The notes under the pieces are model-generated. The model saw only the letters and a program-made list of their open reading frames with translations, was not told where the DNA came from and ran no database searches. A stretch of DNA of 64,000 bases. It comes from Mobula hypostoma. Lineage: Eukaryota. Both the position numbers and the translations under genes were made by a program. The stretch is taken from contig NC_086097.1 of the NCBI RefSeq assembly GCF_963921235.1, positions 145,206,001 through 145,270,000 of the forward strand. The letters run 5' to 3'. The stretch's first letter is position 1. Each line of letters opens with the position of its first letter. Below, piece after piece: positions 13,291-24,980 of this stretch.

Positions 13291-14019
13291 AAAAAAGAGA
13301 TTCTTGAAAGATCACTACTAATTCATCCTCAATTTCTCCAGCTATCTCTTTCAGAATACTGGAGTGTAATCCATCTGGTCCAGGTGACTTATCTACCTTC
13401 AGACCTTTCAGTTTTCCTAGCACCTTCTCCTTAGTAACAGCAACTACACTCACATCTGCCCCAATACTCTTGAGTTTTTTGCCTTCTGCTGGCGTCCCCC
13501 ACAGTGAAGACTGGTGCAAATACTTATTCAGTTCGTCTAATATTTCTTTGTTCCCATTACTATCTCTCCAGCATATCTGAGAAAACATTTTGATATCCTC
13601 TTTCATTTTGTTGGTTAGCTTACCTTCATATTTCATCTTTTCTCTCCTTATTGCTTTTTTTGGTTGCCTTGCGTTTGTTTTTAAAACCTTTCCAATCCTC
13701 TAGCTTTCCACTAATTTTTGCTAGAATGTATCTTCTCTCTTCTGCTTTTATGCTGTCTTTGGCTTCCTTGTCAGGCATGCTTATCTCATCTTCCTTTCAG
13801 GATGTGTCTTCTTCTTTGGGATGAACTGATTCTGTGTCTTACTCTAAACTACTCCCAGTAACTCTAGCCATTTCTGCTCTACCGTCATCCTTGCTAATGT
13901 TCCCATTCCAATCAATTTTTGCCATCTCTCATGCCTCTGTAGTTTTCTTTACTCAATTGTAAAACTGAGATACATCCAATATTCCTTTCTCCCGCCTCAA
14001 ACCGCAGGGTGAATTCTAA

Positions 14020-14345
14020 TATTGAATTGAATTTACTTTATTTCTTATACCCTTCACATACATGAAGAATAAAAATCTTTATGTTACATCTCCATCTAAA
14101 CGTGCAATCATAGCAATTTATAATAATTTATAATAACTAGAACAGTCAATGGAATATAGAGTACACTCAAATCAGCGTGAGTTCATCAACCTGATGGCCT
14201 GGTGAAGCTGTCCTGGAGCCTGTTGGTCCTGGCTTTTATGCTACGGTACCACTTCCTGGATGGTAGCAGCTGGAATAGATTGTGGTTGGGGTGACTTGGG
14301 TCCCCAATGATCCTACGGGCCCTTTTTACACACCTGCCCATCTAA
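14020..14345 (-). mobile_element. Rex1/Babar-type LINE 3' end
   Basis: (TTGAA)n tail and AATAAA on the minus strand; end of a coding remnant resembling RLRDSF. Confidence 0.55.
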
Positions 14346-14431
14346 ATGAGTATTATGAGCATTGGCTCCTGGGAGTTCCTGTACCTTAAGCTCCCTAATC
14401 AAATCCAATACTAGATTGCCTTTCCCCCAGT

Positions 14432-14519
14432 AGGCTCAATCATCAGCCCGAAACATCGACTGTACATGGATGCTGCCTGGCCTGCTGAGTTCCTCCAGCA
14501 TTTTGTGTGTGAGGCTCAA
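14432..14519 (+). mobile_element. Very short Penelope-derived insertion with 8-bp TSD
   Basis: AGGCTCAA duplicated at 14432-14439 and 14512-14519 around CCCGAAACATCGACTG...CCAGCATTTTGTGTGTG. Confidence 0.7.
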
Positions 14520-15197
14520 ACGCAAGCTGCTCTAAAAAGCCATCTTGTAAACATTTCATGAATTCCTTCTCCTGTGAATTCAGCACCAACCTGATTTTCC
14601 CAGTCCACAGTTGTTGCATAATGAAATCCCCCATGACCATTGTAACAATTCTCTTTTTACATACCTCTTCTATCTCCCATTGTAATTTGTAGCCCACATC
14701 CTGGCTACTGTTCGAAGTCATCGGGTATATAACTCCCATCAGGGTCTTTTTTCCCTCGCAGTTTCTTTACCCTCAAGGACTCTACGTCTTCTGATCCTAT
14801 GTCACTTCTTCCTAAGGATTTGATTTCCAACAGAACTACGTCCCCCACCCCCACCACAGTCTGCTCGCATGCCTGTCCTTTCATTACAACGTGCATCTTT
14901 GGAGTTAAGCTTCCAGTTGTGATTTTCTTTCAAACATAATTCAGTGAAACCCACGACATCATATCTGCCAATCTCTAACTGTATGTTAAGACTTTCTACC
15001 TTATTTCATATACTGTGAGCATTCCAATATAACACCTTCAGTCCTGTATTATCCACCCTTCTCTATATCAAAAACCGTACCGATAAACCCAGTGAAGAAT
15101 TTGCAGCTGCTGGAGCTGAGTAAATATTGAGAAATGCATAAAGTGTTTTTCAAAAGTGAAGCTGAAAGAACACTGGTTAAAGAACACAGTATCTTTG

Positions 15198-15569
15198 AAA
15201 CAACACACACAAAATGCTGGCGGAATGCAGCAGTCCAGGCAGCATCGATAGGAAGAAGTACAGTCGACGTTTCGGGACGAGAACCTTCATCAAGGAGAAA
15301 AGAGATAGTAAGAGATTTGGAAGTGGGAGGGGGAGGGGGAGAGCTCCATCCCTCCCCCTCCTGTCTTCTCCTATCATTTCTGGTCTCCCCCACCCCCTCC
15401 CACTTTCAAATCTCTTACTATCTCTTCTTTCAATTAGTCCTGACGAAGGGTCTCAGCCCGAAACGTCGACTGTACTTCTTCCTATAGATGCTGCCTGGCC
15501 TGCTGCGTTCCACCAGCATTTTGTGTGTGTTGCTTGAATTTCCAGCATCTGCAGATTTTCTTGTGTTTG
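15198..15569 (+). mobile_element. Penelope-derived foldback insertion (inverted pseudo-LTR) with 11-bp TSD
   Basis: CAGTATCTTTG at 15187-15197 and 15570-15580. Arms ~15200-15345 and ~15385-15532 are reverse complements. Confidence 0.85.
15436..15471 (+). ncRNA. Minimal type I hammerhead ribozyme motif
   Basis: AGTC-CTGACGA-A-GGGT ctca GCCC-GAAAC-GTC^GACT: stem I AGTC/GACT, both core boxes, a 4-bp stem II, and palindromic ACGT in place of stem III. Confidence 0.8.
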
Positions 15570-15839
15570 CAGTATCTTTGGAAATTAGTTCTGCTGTAGA
15601 TATCTTCTCATATCCAAAAAAGTAATCAAAAGGATAGATGGAATATTGATCTTCACATGCAGTAGAATGGAGTTCAAGGCAATAGAAATTATAATACAAG
15701 AATAGGGCACGCTGGTTAACTCCACCTGAATAGTGTAATCAGTTCTGCACACCACATCCAAGGAAAGATATTAACAAAGGGAGAGTGTGCACGTCTATTA
15801 GATCAATTCTGCCATAAACGAATGCACGAAAAGATATTA

Positions 15840-16120
15840 ATAGAAAAAAACTGAAGGACTGAGATAAGAATGAAACAGTATATGGAGCGTTGTATTGACA
15901 AGAAAAATAAGAATTGGAGAAAGGGAAATGGAGAAATTAAGAGAAATTGAAAGGAGAGCAGAGAAACAAATCAAGAAAAGCTGAAGTATGAGCAAAGAGA
16001 AGTGGATAGCAAGAAAAATTAATTGAAGGAACAAACAGAATGCGAGACACAATGGAGTGAAAAAAGAGTGAAAATTGAAACAGAAAAGAGTGACTAAAAG
16101 GGTAGACAAAACATTAGACT
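15840..16120 (+). repeat. Purine-rich low-complexity tract
   Basis: A/G-dominated sequence without a regular period. Confidence 0.5.
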
Positions 16121-18394
16121 GAGTACACAACCGGCCATGTTGACTCTCTGGAGTCTATACTTCCTGCGTTCAGTCATTGCCAGTTATGGAGTTGAGCTGC
16201 AGGTTTAAATGTAAAATGCAGACAATTTTACCAGATCTGGAATTTAGACCTATCTCCAGGAACTCTTACTGCAAATCTTGGCGTACTTATTTACACATCT
16301 GTTTGGAATCAACTAGCTGAGAGAAAAAGTGGACAGTGTTTTATTGTAAAATATTTAATTAAATTAGAGCTTTGTAGCATTTTACAGTTTTATAAATATA
16401 TTTGCCAGTTTGTTAAAATATCAAATAGCTTAAAAAAATTGGAAGTCTGAATAAAAAGGTGAATATGAACAAGCAGCATTGACCTGTAGGTGGCTGGGTG
16501 TGGAGTGGTCTAAAGCCCACACGTTCTCTGGGACTATTTATTTTTTTAATAACCGGCCGTTTTCTGTTGTTAAGCTTGCTCCAGGCATAGGGCTTTCCCT
16601 GCCCCAAGTGCAGTAATCGTACAAAGTGGGGCTCTGGTGCCCCCTTGTGTAAAATCAATGCATTTCAGCAGGGCATATTTTACCATGTCTAGTCAAATCA
16701 TGTGCGAAATTGATGGTGTCAGTGGATGGAGGACAGGTAGATATGAAGGTTCATACCCTCAGTTTGCTTTTACATAAGAACGTGGATGAGAACGATGAAA
16801 CTCCAGGCTGACTGACATGATCACTGACTAAATGCAGGTGGTCAATCCAAAGGGAAAAAGCTCTTACTCAATGTTCAAGAGCAGATAAATATCTATCAGG
16901 GAGAAAGGGAGAGCAATGAGCAATAAAATTATTTTATTGAGACACCTATTGAATGTCAAGGCTGAAAGTGGAGAACAAAGAGAAGTCTGAACTGCAAGCT
17001 TGTGATAGATTATTTCAGACTGATATATTGATGACATCTGGGGATGAGGGATTTAGACTCAGGAAAATATTAGGCGGCCCTCCTCAGCCATGTGCAGTGA
17101 GCATCAGCAAAGCTTTGCCTGTTGGCATGGGGTATGCTGACTCTCTGCTCACCTAGATAAAACTGGACTGGTTTTTGGCTGGGACAGAGATAGCATCATC
17201 AGAAAGGTAAATAGATTAACAGCTAACATATGCATAAACAATGTGATCTCTTGAGACAGGGTTTGATTTCAGAGAGGAATTTACTCGATTTATTTTGACA
17301 TTATTGCATCTTTTCTTCCCCCTCTCTTGAATTACAGGAGTATGAGAAGAGGTAGTGAAGACAGGGGGAGATAGGAAGCCCCCAAGTGATGTGGAGACAA
17401 TTTGATGGGCCAGCTGGAAATCTAGTTCCTGGTAATTTTTTTTTAACAATTAAGCAATGGCCTCAAGGTTCAAAGAAGATAATTCATGTCATGGTTAAGT
17501 ATTGCTGACTATAAAATTCTGTGTTATTTTAAAGACTGTATAAAGTGCTTCATGATTGAAGCAGATTAATCAAACTGCAGTACGGTTCTGGGATCTGCTG
17601 AGATTTCCTTTGAACAGTAAGGATTCTGTATGACGCTAGATCACTGAGGCAAAAACCACAGGAAGAGCATCAGAAATTAAGAAGAAGCAGGTCCCATGTA
17701 CTTTGGCACTCGGAGGAAAATATATTTGTTTAGATTCAGTTAATATTTAATCAGAGCTGGCACACATCGCTACCATTGCATGACTGTGGTGAAGGCGCTC
17801 TCCTCACCCAAGTCCTCTCCTGCCAATTTTAAGCATCTATTTATATTTGCAGGGTCGATGAGTCATGGAGACAGAAGCTGAGATTCAGCAGTGACCACCA
17901 GGCGGTCATCGGTTCCCCTGAATCTGGATAAAACCCGAGAAGCCACTCAACAACCTGAGTATCTCGTGGGATAGTTTTCTGTAAATTGGGTCTGCTCCAT
18001 GGAACAGTAACCTTGCGTGCTACCTCAGTGAGGTTACTGCTTGTACATACTCTGCTCCAAGCCTTTGCAATTCCTAAATGGACTGAGCCGTTCCTTTTAT
18101 ATAAACAAGGTTTTCTTGTTCCCCTGCTTTATTTTGATGTATTTTGTGCTCATCAAGTTGGAGGAATGTTAATGCCAGGAAACACTGCCTTTTCCATTTC
18201 AGCTTGGACTGGAAGAATCAGGAGCTCCCACGTTCGGTGGCAGGACTTGCTGGGGTTGAGACTCATTTGAAGGCAGCCGAGCATATAACCTGAGTCACCA
18301 ACTCCATATACAAAAACTGTTCTGGACAAAGAGCACTGGGTATGGATTCCGATAGACGTCCCACGTGAAATATGGGCCCACGTCGAAGCAGACT

Positions 18395-18600
18395 CAAGAT
18401 GCCTCAGCTCCAGAAGCATGGGTTCACTCCTGAATTCAGCGTTACCTGAGAGGAGATTATAAGTTCTCCCTGTAACCACGTGGGTTTCCTCTGGATACTC
18501 GGGTTATTCCCCATGTTCCAAAGTCAGTCTGGTGAGCTAATCGGTGACCGTAAATTGCCTCCAGTGTAGCTGGTTAGCAGGAGAATGGGGGGAAATTGAT
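18395..18600 (+). mobile_element. tRNA-derived V-SINE-like element (decayed)
   Basis: GTTCTCCCTGTAACCACGTGGGTTTCCTCTGGATACTC central domain; related copies at 20.9 and 59.7 kb. Confidence 0.6.
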
Positions 18601-18634
18601 GGGCATGTCAAAAACAATACCTCCCTGGGAAATA

Positions 18635-18989
18635 TGAGGTGGTAGGGTGAAGCTACATCTCTACCAAAGGAGGCGTAAGGTGGTCCTTCCCTCCACTAGC
18701 CTGTAGGTCACCCTTAGACAAGGTTAGTCCCTGGATCAGGGTCACGTGAAGCCATGGGCAGGTGATAGATGGTTGTACAAGCAGCTGGTGCACATCACAA
18801 ATCCTGGTTATGTGACCACTGACACCAGGCAGACAATTCGTAATGGCTGGGTTCACCTGTCTTGTAAAGAGTCTGCCCAGAAGAAGGCAATGGCAAGCCA
18901 CTTCTGTAGAAAAATTTGCCAAGAGCAATCAAGGTCAAAAGACCATGATTGCCTACGTCATACAACATGGCAGATAATGATGATGATGA
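18635..18989 (+). mobile_element. SINE with RTE-type 3' end, (TGA)n tail and 10-bp TSD
   Basis: CTGGGAAATA at 18625-18634 and 18990-18999; GAAGAAGGCAATGGCAAGCCACTTCTGTA motif; TAATGATGATGATGA tail. Confidence 0.75.
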
Positions 18990-19724
18990 CTGGGAAATAA
19001 ATAGGGAGATCATGGGAATGCTCCAAGAACCAAAGAGCCAAACAGCCTCCTTTTATGCCATAATAAAATATAAAATAAGACTTCTTTTTATTCCTAAATA
19101 TTTGAAACATTGAACATAGAACAGCACAGGAACAGGTCCTTAAGACCACAGTGCTGTGCCAAACTAATTAAGCAAATGATGAGTAATTATACTAATCCAA
19201 TCTACCTGCAATAGTCCTTATTCCTCCATTCTCTGCATATTCATATAGCTATTTAAGAACGTCTTAAATCTCTCGGTTGTATCTCCCTCTTTCTATTCCA
19301 GACACCCACCATTCTCTGTATAAAAAAAACTGACCCAACATCTCCTTTGAACTTTTGTCCTCTCACATTACCCCTCTACAGTATTAGATATTTTGACTCT
19401 AAGGAAAAGATACACAATGTCTTCCAACATAAAGACTAGATAGAAACATTTTGTCTCGGGGGGGATAGCCCACTGTATGTTTGGCATTTCATACTTACAC
19501 AAGTTCAGGGATTTAAAATTCGTCCAGAACTTATTTCCTACCCCAAATCAATTAATAATCAAGAATCATGCACTTATTTTTTCTTTTCCAAACTGTTCTT
19601 TGATAGATCTTTATTTACTGTAGGTGGGGAGAACATTGCAATGGTGGTAGGAGAGATAATTCAGTTTTTTCTGATGAAATATTATTGACCTGAAGCAGTA
19701 ACTGTTATTGACATCGTGGACTTT

Positions 19725-20480
19725 TATTGTTGATTACTGACTTCAGGAGGAGGAAGCCAAAGGTTTGTGAGCCAGTCTTCTTCAGAGATGGAGAGGATCA
19801 GCAACTTTAAATTCCTTTATGTTATCATTACCTGCCTTGGACCCAGCACATAGTGCCATGAAGAAGAAAGCACATCAGCACTTCTACTTCCTTAGAAGTT
19901 TGCAAAGATTCGGCATGACATCTAAAACTTTGACAGACTTCTATAGATGTGTAGTGGAGTGTTGGTTGACTGGTTGCGTCACAGTCTGCTAAGGAAAAAC
20001 CAATGCTAAATGGAAAATCCAACCAAAAAGTAGTGGATGCAGCCCAGTCCATCACGGGTAAAGCCCTCCCAACTATTGAGCACACCTATACGGAGCGCTG
20101 TCAGAGGAAAGCAGCATCCATCATCAAGGACCCCCACTCCCCAGGCCATGTTCACTTCCTGCTACTGGCATCAGGAAGAAGATACAGGAGCCTCGGGACC
20201 CGCACCACCAGATTCAGGAACAGTTACGAGTTATCCCTCAACTATCAGGCTCTTGAACCAGAGGGATAAACTTCACTCAAATTCACTTGTCCTATCACTG
20301 AACTGTTCCCACAACCTATGGACTCACTTTCAAGGACTCGTCACCTCATGTTCTCGATATTTATTGTTTCTTTTTTCTTTAGTATTTGTAGTTTGTTGTC
20401 CTTTTGTACATTAGCTGTTTGCTTGTCCATCCTGTTGGGTATATGGTCACATGTTTATACTTCAAATTTACTTTGAACCA
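19725..20480 (+). mobile_element. Rex1/Babar-type LINE 3' fragment
   Basis: KVVDAAQSITG...KAASIIKDPHSPGH..F.LL.SGRRYRSLGTRTTRFRNSY C-terminal signature. Confidence 0.8.
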
Positions 20481-20904
20481 AACCCTCCAGGGCTGCTGAC
20501 TGACTTGGTGAGTTCTTAAGTCCTGTTTATAGTAGGGATGTTACCTCTCTTGTACAGGAGTTCCCAGTGTAATAAGTTACTAAGTTTAAATTGATAAATC
20601 TGGTAAGTTGTGCTTTGAGTAAGTATTGTCGATGTCCTTTCAGGAATGGAATATATCACCTGCACTTGCTCTAACCAACATGTAACTCCTGGCCAATGCT
20701 GCATAATTCATTGTGCTTGCAGCCAAGGGGGCTATTTGCTTACTGCATCAAAAAGGGGATTTCTGTCATTTGCTCAGAAAGAAGAAATAAACCAAGATAT
20801 CCATCAAGTTTTCAACTGGGTTTCCAAATCAATTTTAGAGTTGGGAATAAATTAACCACAGAATACACAAGATAGTGTACGGTATCATTATTACGTAATA
20901 CATA

Positions 20905-21170
20905 GTAGCATAGCAGTTAGTGTGACACTATTACAGCTGAAGATGTTGGAGATCAGTGTTTAATTCCGGATCATTCTGTAAAGAATTTGTATGTCCTCTC
21001 CATGAATGCATGGGTTTCCTCTGGGTGGCCTGGTTTCCTTCTACCTTCCAAAGATGTACTGCTTGGTCAATTAATTAGTTATTATAAATTGTCCTGTGAC
21101 TAGGCTAAGGTTAAATAGGTGAGTTGTTGGGCCAGAAGAAACTGTTCCATGCTGTATCTCTAAATAAATA
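20905..21170 (+). mobile_element. tRNA-derived V-SINE-like element
   Basis: A/B-box-like head, TGCATGGGTTTCCTCTGGGTGGCCTGGTTTCC core and (TAAA)n tail. Confidence 0.65.
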
Positions 21171-21711
21171 AAGACAGAGAATATATAGAATAGTTTGTGG
21201 AGAGTGTGCACATGGAGACCGTCAATATATTAATGTTAGAGTTGGATACGTATTTGGCAGAGAAAAGACTCAATTGTTTTTGGTTAGTGGTCACCAACCT
21301 TTTTAAGCCCAAGATCTCCTACCTCGACTTCAGTGAAAGGCAAGATCTACCTACTAAATCGTTTAGAGAGAAAACAGCTCAGATTGTACTTCCAATTTGA
21401 GGCCTTTTATTTGTGTGAATTGTATTTGAATTACACAAAATACTTTTATCAAACATTTAAATTAATTCAGACAAGAAAACACTGTAACTAGCATATCAAA
21501 CAGGCCATAGCTGTCTTTCTTTAAGAATGTTACAATACTTCACACCTTTAATTCTAAGTTTCATTATCTCAATTTTATTTCAACACGAAAAATAAATGAA
21601 TAAAAATTGACTGTTGCACTCAGTGTGATGACTGGGGCTGAATACTTTCTGCTAGTTCCTGAAATTTGGCTCATAACTACAGACAGTCATTCTGAGACAG
21701 TCTGTGAGGTG

Positions 21712-22263
21712 TAGGGTTGCCAACTGTCCCGTATTTCCCCCGCTAAGGTAGAGCATTCCTATGAAACCTTTCGTGCCGAAATGCTTTACACTGAAGAAGC
21801 AATTACCATTAATTCATATGGAAAAAAATTTTGAGCGTCCCCAGACCCAAAAAAATAACCTACCAAATCATACCAAATAACACATAAAACCTAAAATAAC
21901 ACTAACATATAGTAAAAGCAGGAATGAAATGATAAATATACAGCCTATATAAAGTAGAAATAATGAAGATCAAGTCAAAACCAATTTGTGGGGGTTAAAA
22001 AAAATCAGCACATCACGCATGCGTACACAAGTGCCCGTGCAAAGCTTCATGGTCATGGTAGTCTTTCTCGGGGTAAACACAAATGTCCCAGGAAATGTCC
22101 TTCAGTTAGTCCTGACGAAGGGTCTTGGCCCGAAATGTCGACTGTACCTCTTCCTAGAGATGCTTGCCTGACCTGCTGTGTTCACCAGCTACTTTGATGT
22201 GTGTTGCCGGGATTTGACGCTACTTTTGTCCGTTATTTGGGAGTGAGAAAGTTGGCAACCCTA
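21712..22263. mobile_element. hAT-type MITE with 8-bp TSD containing Tigger-derived sequence
   Basis: TIRs TAGGGTTGCCAACT / AGTTGGCAACCCTA; TSD GTGAGGTG at 21704-21711 and 22264-22271. Confidence 0.9.
22108..22143 (+). ncRNA. Minimal hammerhead ribozyme motif (one stem III substitution)
   Basis: AGTC-CTGACGA-A-GGGT cttg GCCC-GAAAT-GTC-GACT, within a short Penelope-derived insert at ~22100-22206. Confidence 0.7.
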
Positions 22264-23135
22264 GTGAGGTGGCTGTCAGTAAGTCAGCTCCTGTACTTAG
22301 ATTTAATACTTTTCATCTGTGAAAATACAATTTCACATAGATAAGTTGACCCAAAGTAGGCACTGACTTTTAGTGCTATAAAACTAACGCACACACCGCG
22401 CATTGCTCAGCCCCATCAGTAGTAATTGCCACCAGTTTATAAATGGGGATGTCATTTTCATGGACATATTTTTTAAACTCATTGTAAATATCCTCACCTC
22501 TCATTCTTTCCTTTAATTGCAAAAGAGTGAGGAAATCCTCCTTTGTTGTAAAATCCTGACAAGCCATTCTGACAAATACAGCAAACTGAGCTGTTTGCAT
22601 TACATCCGGGGATTCATCGAACTGTAGTGAAAAATATTCACGTCCTTTGATGGTGACTCTACCCTCCTTGTCACTGTTGCAGGGCCAAGAGGTATATTAT
22701 GTATTGCAGTTGTGATGCTGTTTTTGTTTTTAAAGTCATTAAAACAGTCTCTGCGGTAATGACCATTGCTTCCTTGAATAAATCGCCATCTGTAAAAGGC
22801 TTCTTGTGTTTAGCCAAAAGGTGACTTACAAGAAATGATGCTTCAATAGCAGCCTTATTTTGAGCAGCATGTTTTGTGGAAAATGATTGCTGGGCCTTCA
22901 ACCCTGATTTCAGCTCAACTTTCCAGGCACGAGTTGCGCTCTTTGGGGGGTAGGTGTCTTTAAATTCCTGGTGGTTGGTGTTGTGGTGTCGCTCCAGATT
23001 CCCTCTTTTAGTCAGTGCTTGTGTTTGGTGGCACAACATACATACACACTTGTCTTTCACCAAGGTAAATCGAAATTCCTCTTCCCATTCTGGATGGAAT
23101 TTGTATGTTTTCGCTTTCTTTCATGGAGCCTCCAC

Positions 23136-24781
23136 TATAGAAACATAGAAAATAGGTGCAGGAGTAGGCCATTCGGCCCTTCGAGCCTGCACCGCCATTT
23201 ATTATGATCATGGCTGATCATCCAACTCAGAACCCTGCCCCAGCCTTCCATCCATACGTCCTGACCCCCGTAGCCACAAGGGCCATATCTAACTCCCTCT
23301 TAAATATAGCCAATGAACTGGCCTCACCTGTTTCCTGTGGCAGAGAATTCCACAGATTCACCACTCTCTGTGTGAAGAAGTTTTTCCTAATCTCGGTCCT
23401 AAAAGGCTTCCCCTCTATCCTCAAACTGTGGGCCCTCGTTCTGGACTTCCCCAACATCAGGAACAATCTTCCTGCATCTAGCCTGTCCAATCCCTTTAGG
23501 ATCTTGTACGTTTCAATCAGATCCCCCCTCAATCTTCTAAATTCCAACGAGTACAAGCCCAGTTCATCCAGTCTTTCTTCATATGAAAGTCCTGCCATCC
23601 CAGGAATCAATCTGGTGAACCTTCTTTGTACTCCCTCTAAGGCAAGGATGTCTTTCCTCAGATTAGGGGACCAAAACTGCACACAATACTCCAGGTGTGG
23701 TCTCACCAAGGCCTTGTACAACTGCAGTAGTATCTCCCTGCTTCTGTACTCGAATCCTCTCGCTATAAATGCCAGCATACCATTCGCCTTTTTCACCGCC
23801 TGCTGTACCTGCATGCCCACTTTCAATGACTGGTGTATAATGATACCCAGGTCTCGTTGCACCTCCCCTTTTCCTAATCAGCCACCATTCAGATAATAAT
23901 CTGTTTTCCTATTTTTGCCACCAAAGTGGATAACTTCACATTTATCCACATTAAATTGCATCTGCCATGAATTTGCCCACTCACCCAACCTATCCAAGTC
24001 ACCCTGCATCCTCCTCACAGCTAACACTGCCGCCCAGCTTCGTGTCATCCGCAAACTTGGAGATGCTGCATTTAATTCCCTCATCCAAGTCATTAATATA
24101 TATTGTAAACAACTGGGGTCCCAGCACTGAGCCTTGCGGTACCCCACTAGTCACCGCCTGCCATTCTGAAAAGGTCCCGTTTATTCCCACTCTTTGCTTC
24201 CTGTCTGCTAACCAATTCTCCACCCACACCAATACCTTACCCTCAATACCGTGTGCTTTAAGTTTGCACACTAATCTCCTGTGTGGGACCTTGTCAAAAG
24301 CCTTTTGAAAATCCAAATATACCACATCCACTGGTTCTCCCCTATCCACTCTACTAGTTACATCCTCAAAATATTCTATGAGATTCGTCAGACATGATTT
24401 TCCTTTCACAAACCCATGCTGACTTTGTCCGATCATTTCACCGCTTTCCAAATGTGCTGTTATCACATCTTTGATAACTGACTCCAGCAGTTTCCCCACC
24501 ACCGATGTTAGGCTAACCGGTCTATAATTCCCTGGTTTCTCTCTCCCTCCTTTTTTAAAAAGAGGGCTTACATTAGCCACCCTCCAATCCTCAGGAACTA
24601 GTCCAGAATCTAACGAGTTTTGAAAAATTATCACTAATGCATCCACTATTTCTTGGGCTACTTCCTTAAGCACTCTAGGATGCAGACCATCTGGCCCTGG
24701 GGATTTATCTGCCTTCAATCCCTTCAATTTACCTAACACCACTTCCCTACTAACATGTATTTCGCTCAGTTCCTCCATCAC
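23136..24781 (-). mobile_element. Young 5'-truncated CR1 LINE (RT nearly intact)
   Basis: Open frames of 260 and 211 aa with [30 protein letters not shown] and RPHLEYCVQFW; (TTTCTATG)n tail. Confidence 0.95.
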
Positions 24782-24824
24782 AGGGTATCAGGATATCAGG
24801 ATTCCGCTAACAGGATATCACAAG

Positions 24825-24980
24825 CAATTGCCAATTGCGTCACCTCTGACCTGAGCCGACATTTACGTGCTGGGCAGCACCTAACGAATTAGCTGGTTTA
24901 TTTCGGCTTTTTTTTCTTAAAGATTGCTGGGTGCGTTCCGACTACTGCATGCTTCGCGGCCCGGAGGTTGGGGACCACTG
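24825..24980. mobile_element. Right half of a palindromic hAT-type MITE
   Basis: Homologous to 38450-38615; ends in GGTTGGGGACCACTG. Confidence 0.7.

Larger units (their letters stand above)
10712..14900 (-). mobile_element. Degenerate CR1 LINE broken by at least four later insertions
   Basis: Minus-strand 3' tail at 10712, then RT (KFADNTK), KSPGPDGLH and endonuclease (MGDF) fragments, colinear across the insertions. Confidence 0.85.

Noticed and set aside
15261..15295. Second functional hammerhead forming a cis-dimer with 15436-15471
   Set aside because: It lies on the opposite strand, lacks the stem I 5' arm and has core and stem II substitutions.
22300..23125. Domesticated GTF2IRD2/EPM2AIP1-like host gene
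   Set aside because: Frameshifted, internally deleted, interrupted by insertions and still bounded by TIRs.
23204..23896. 230-aa plus-strand ORF (also 6970-7617, 8128-8580 and similar)
   Set aside because: These are antisense shadow frames of CR1 ORF2 with no independent evidence of being genes.
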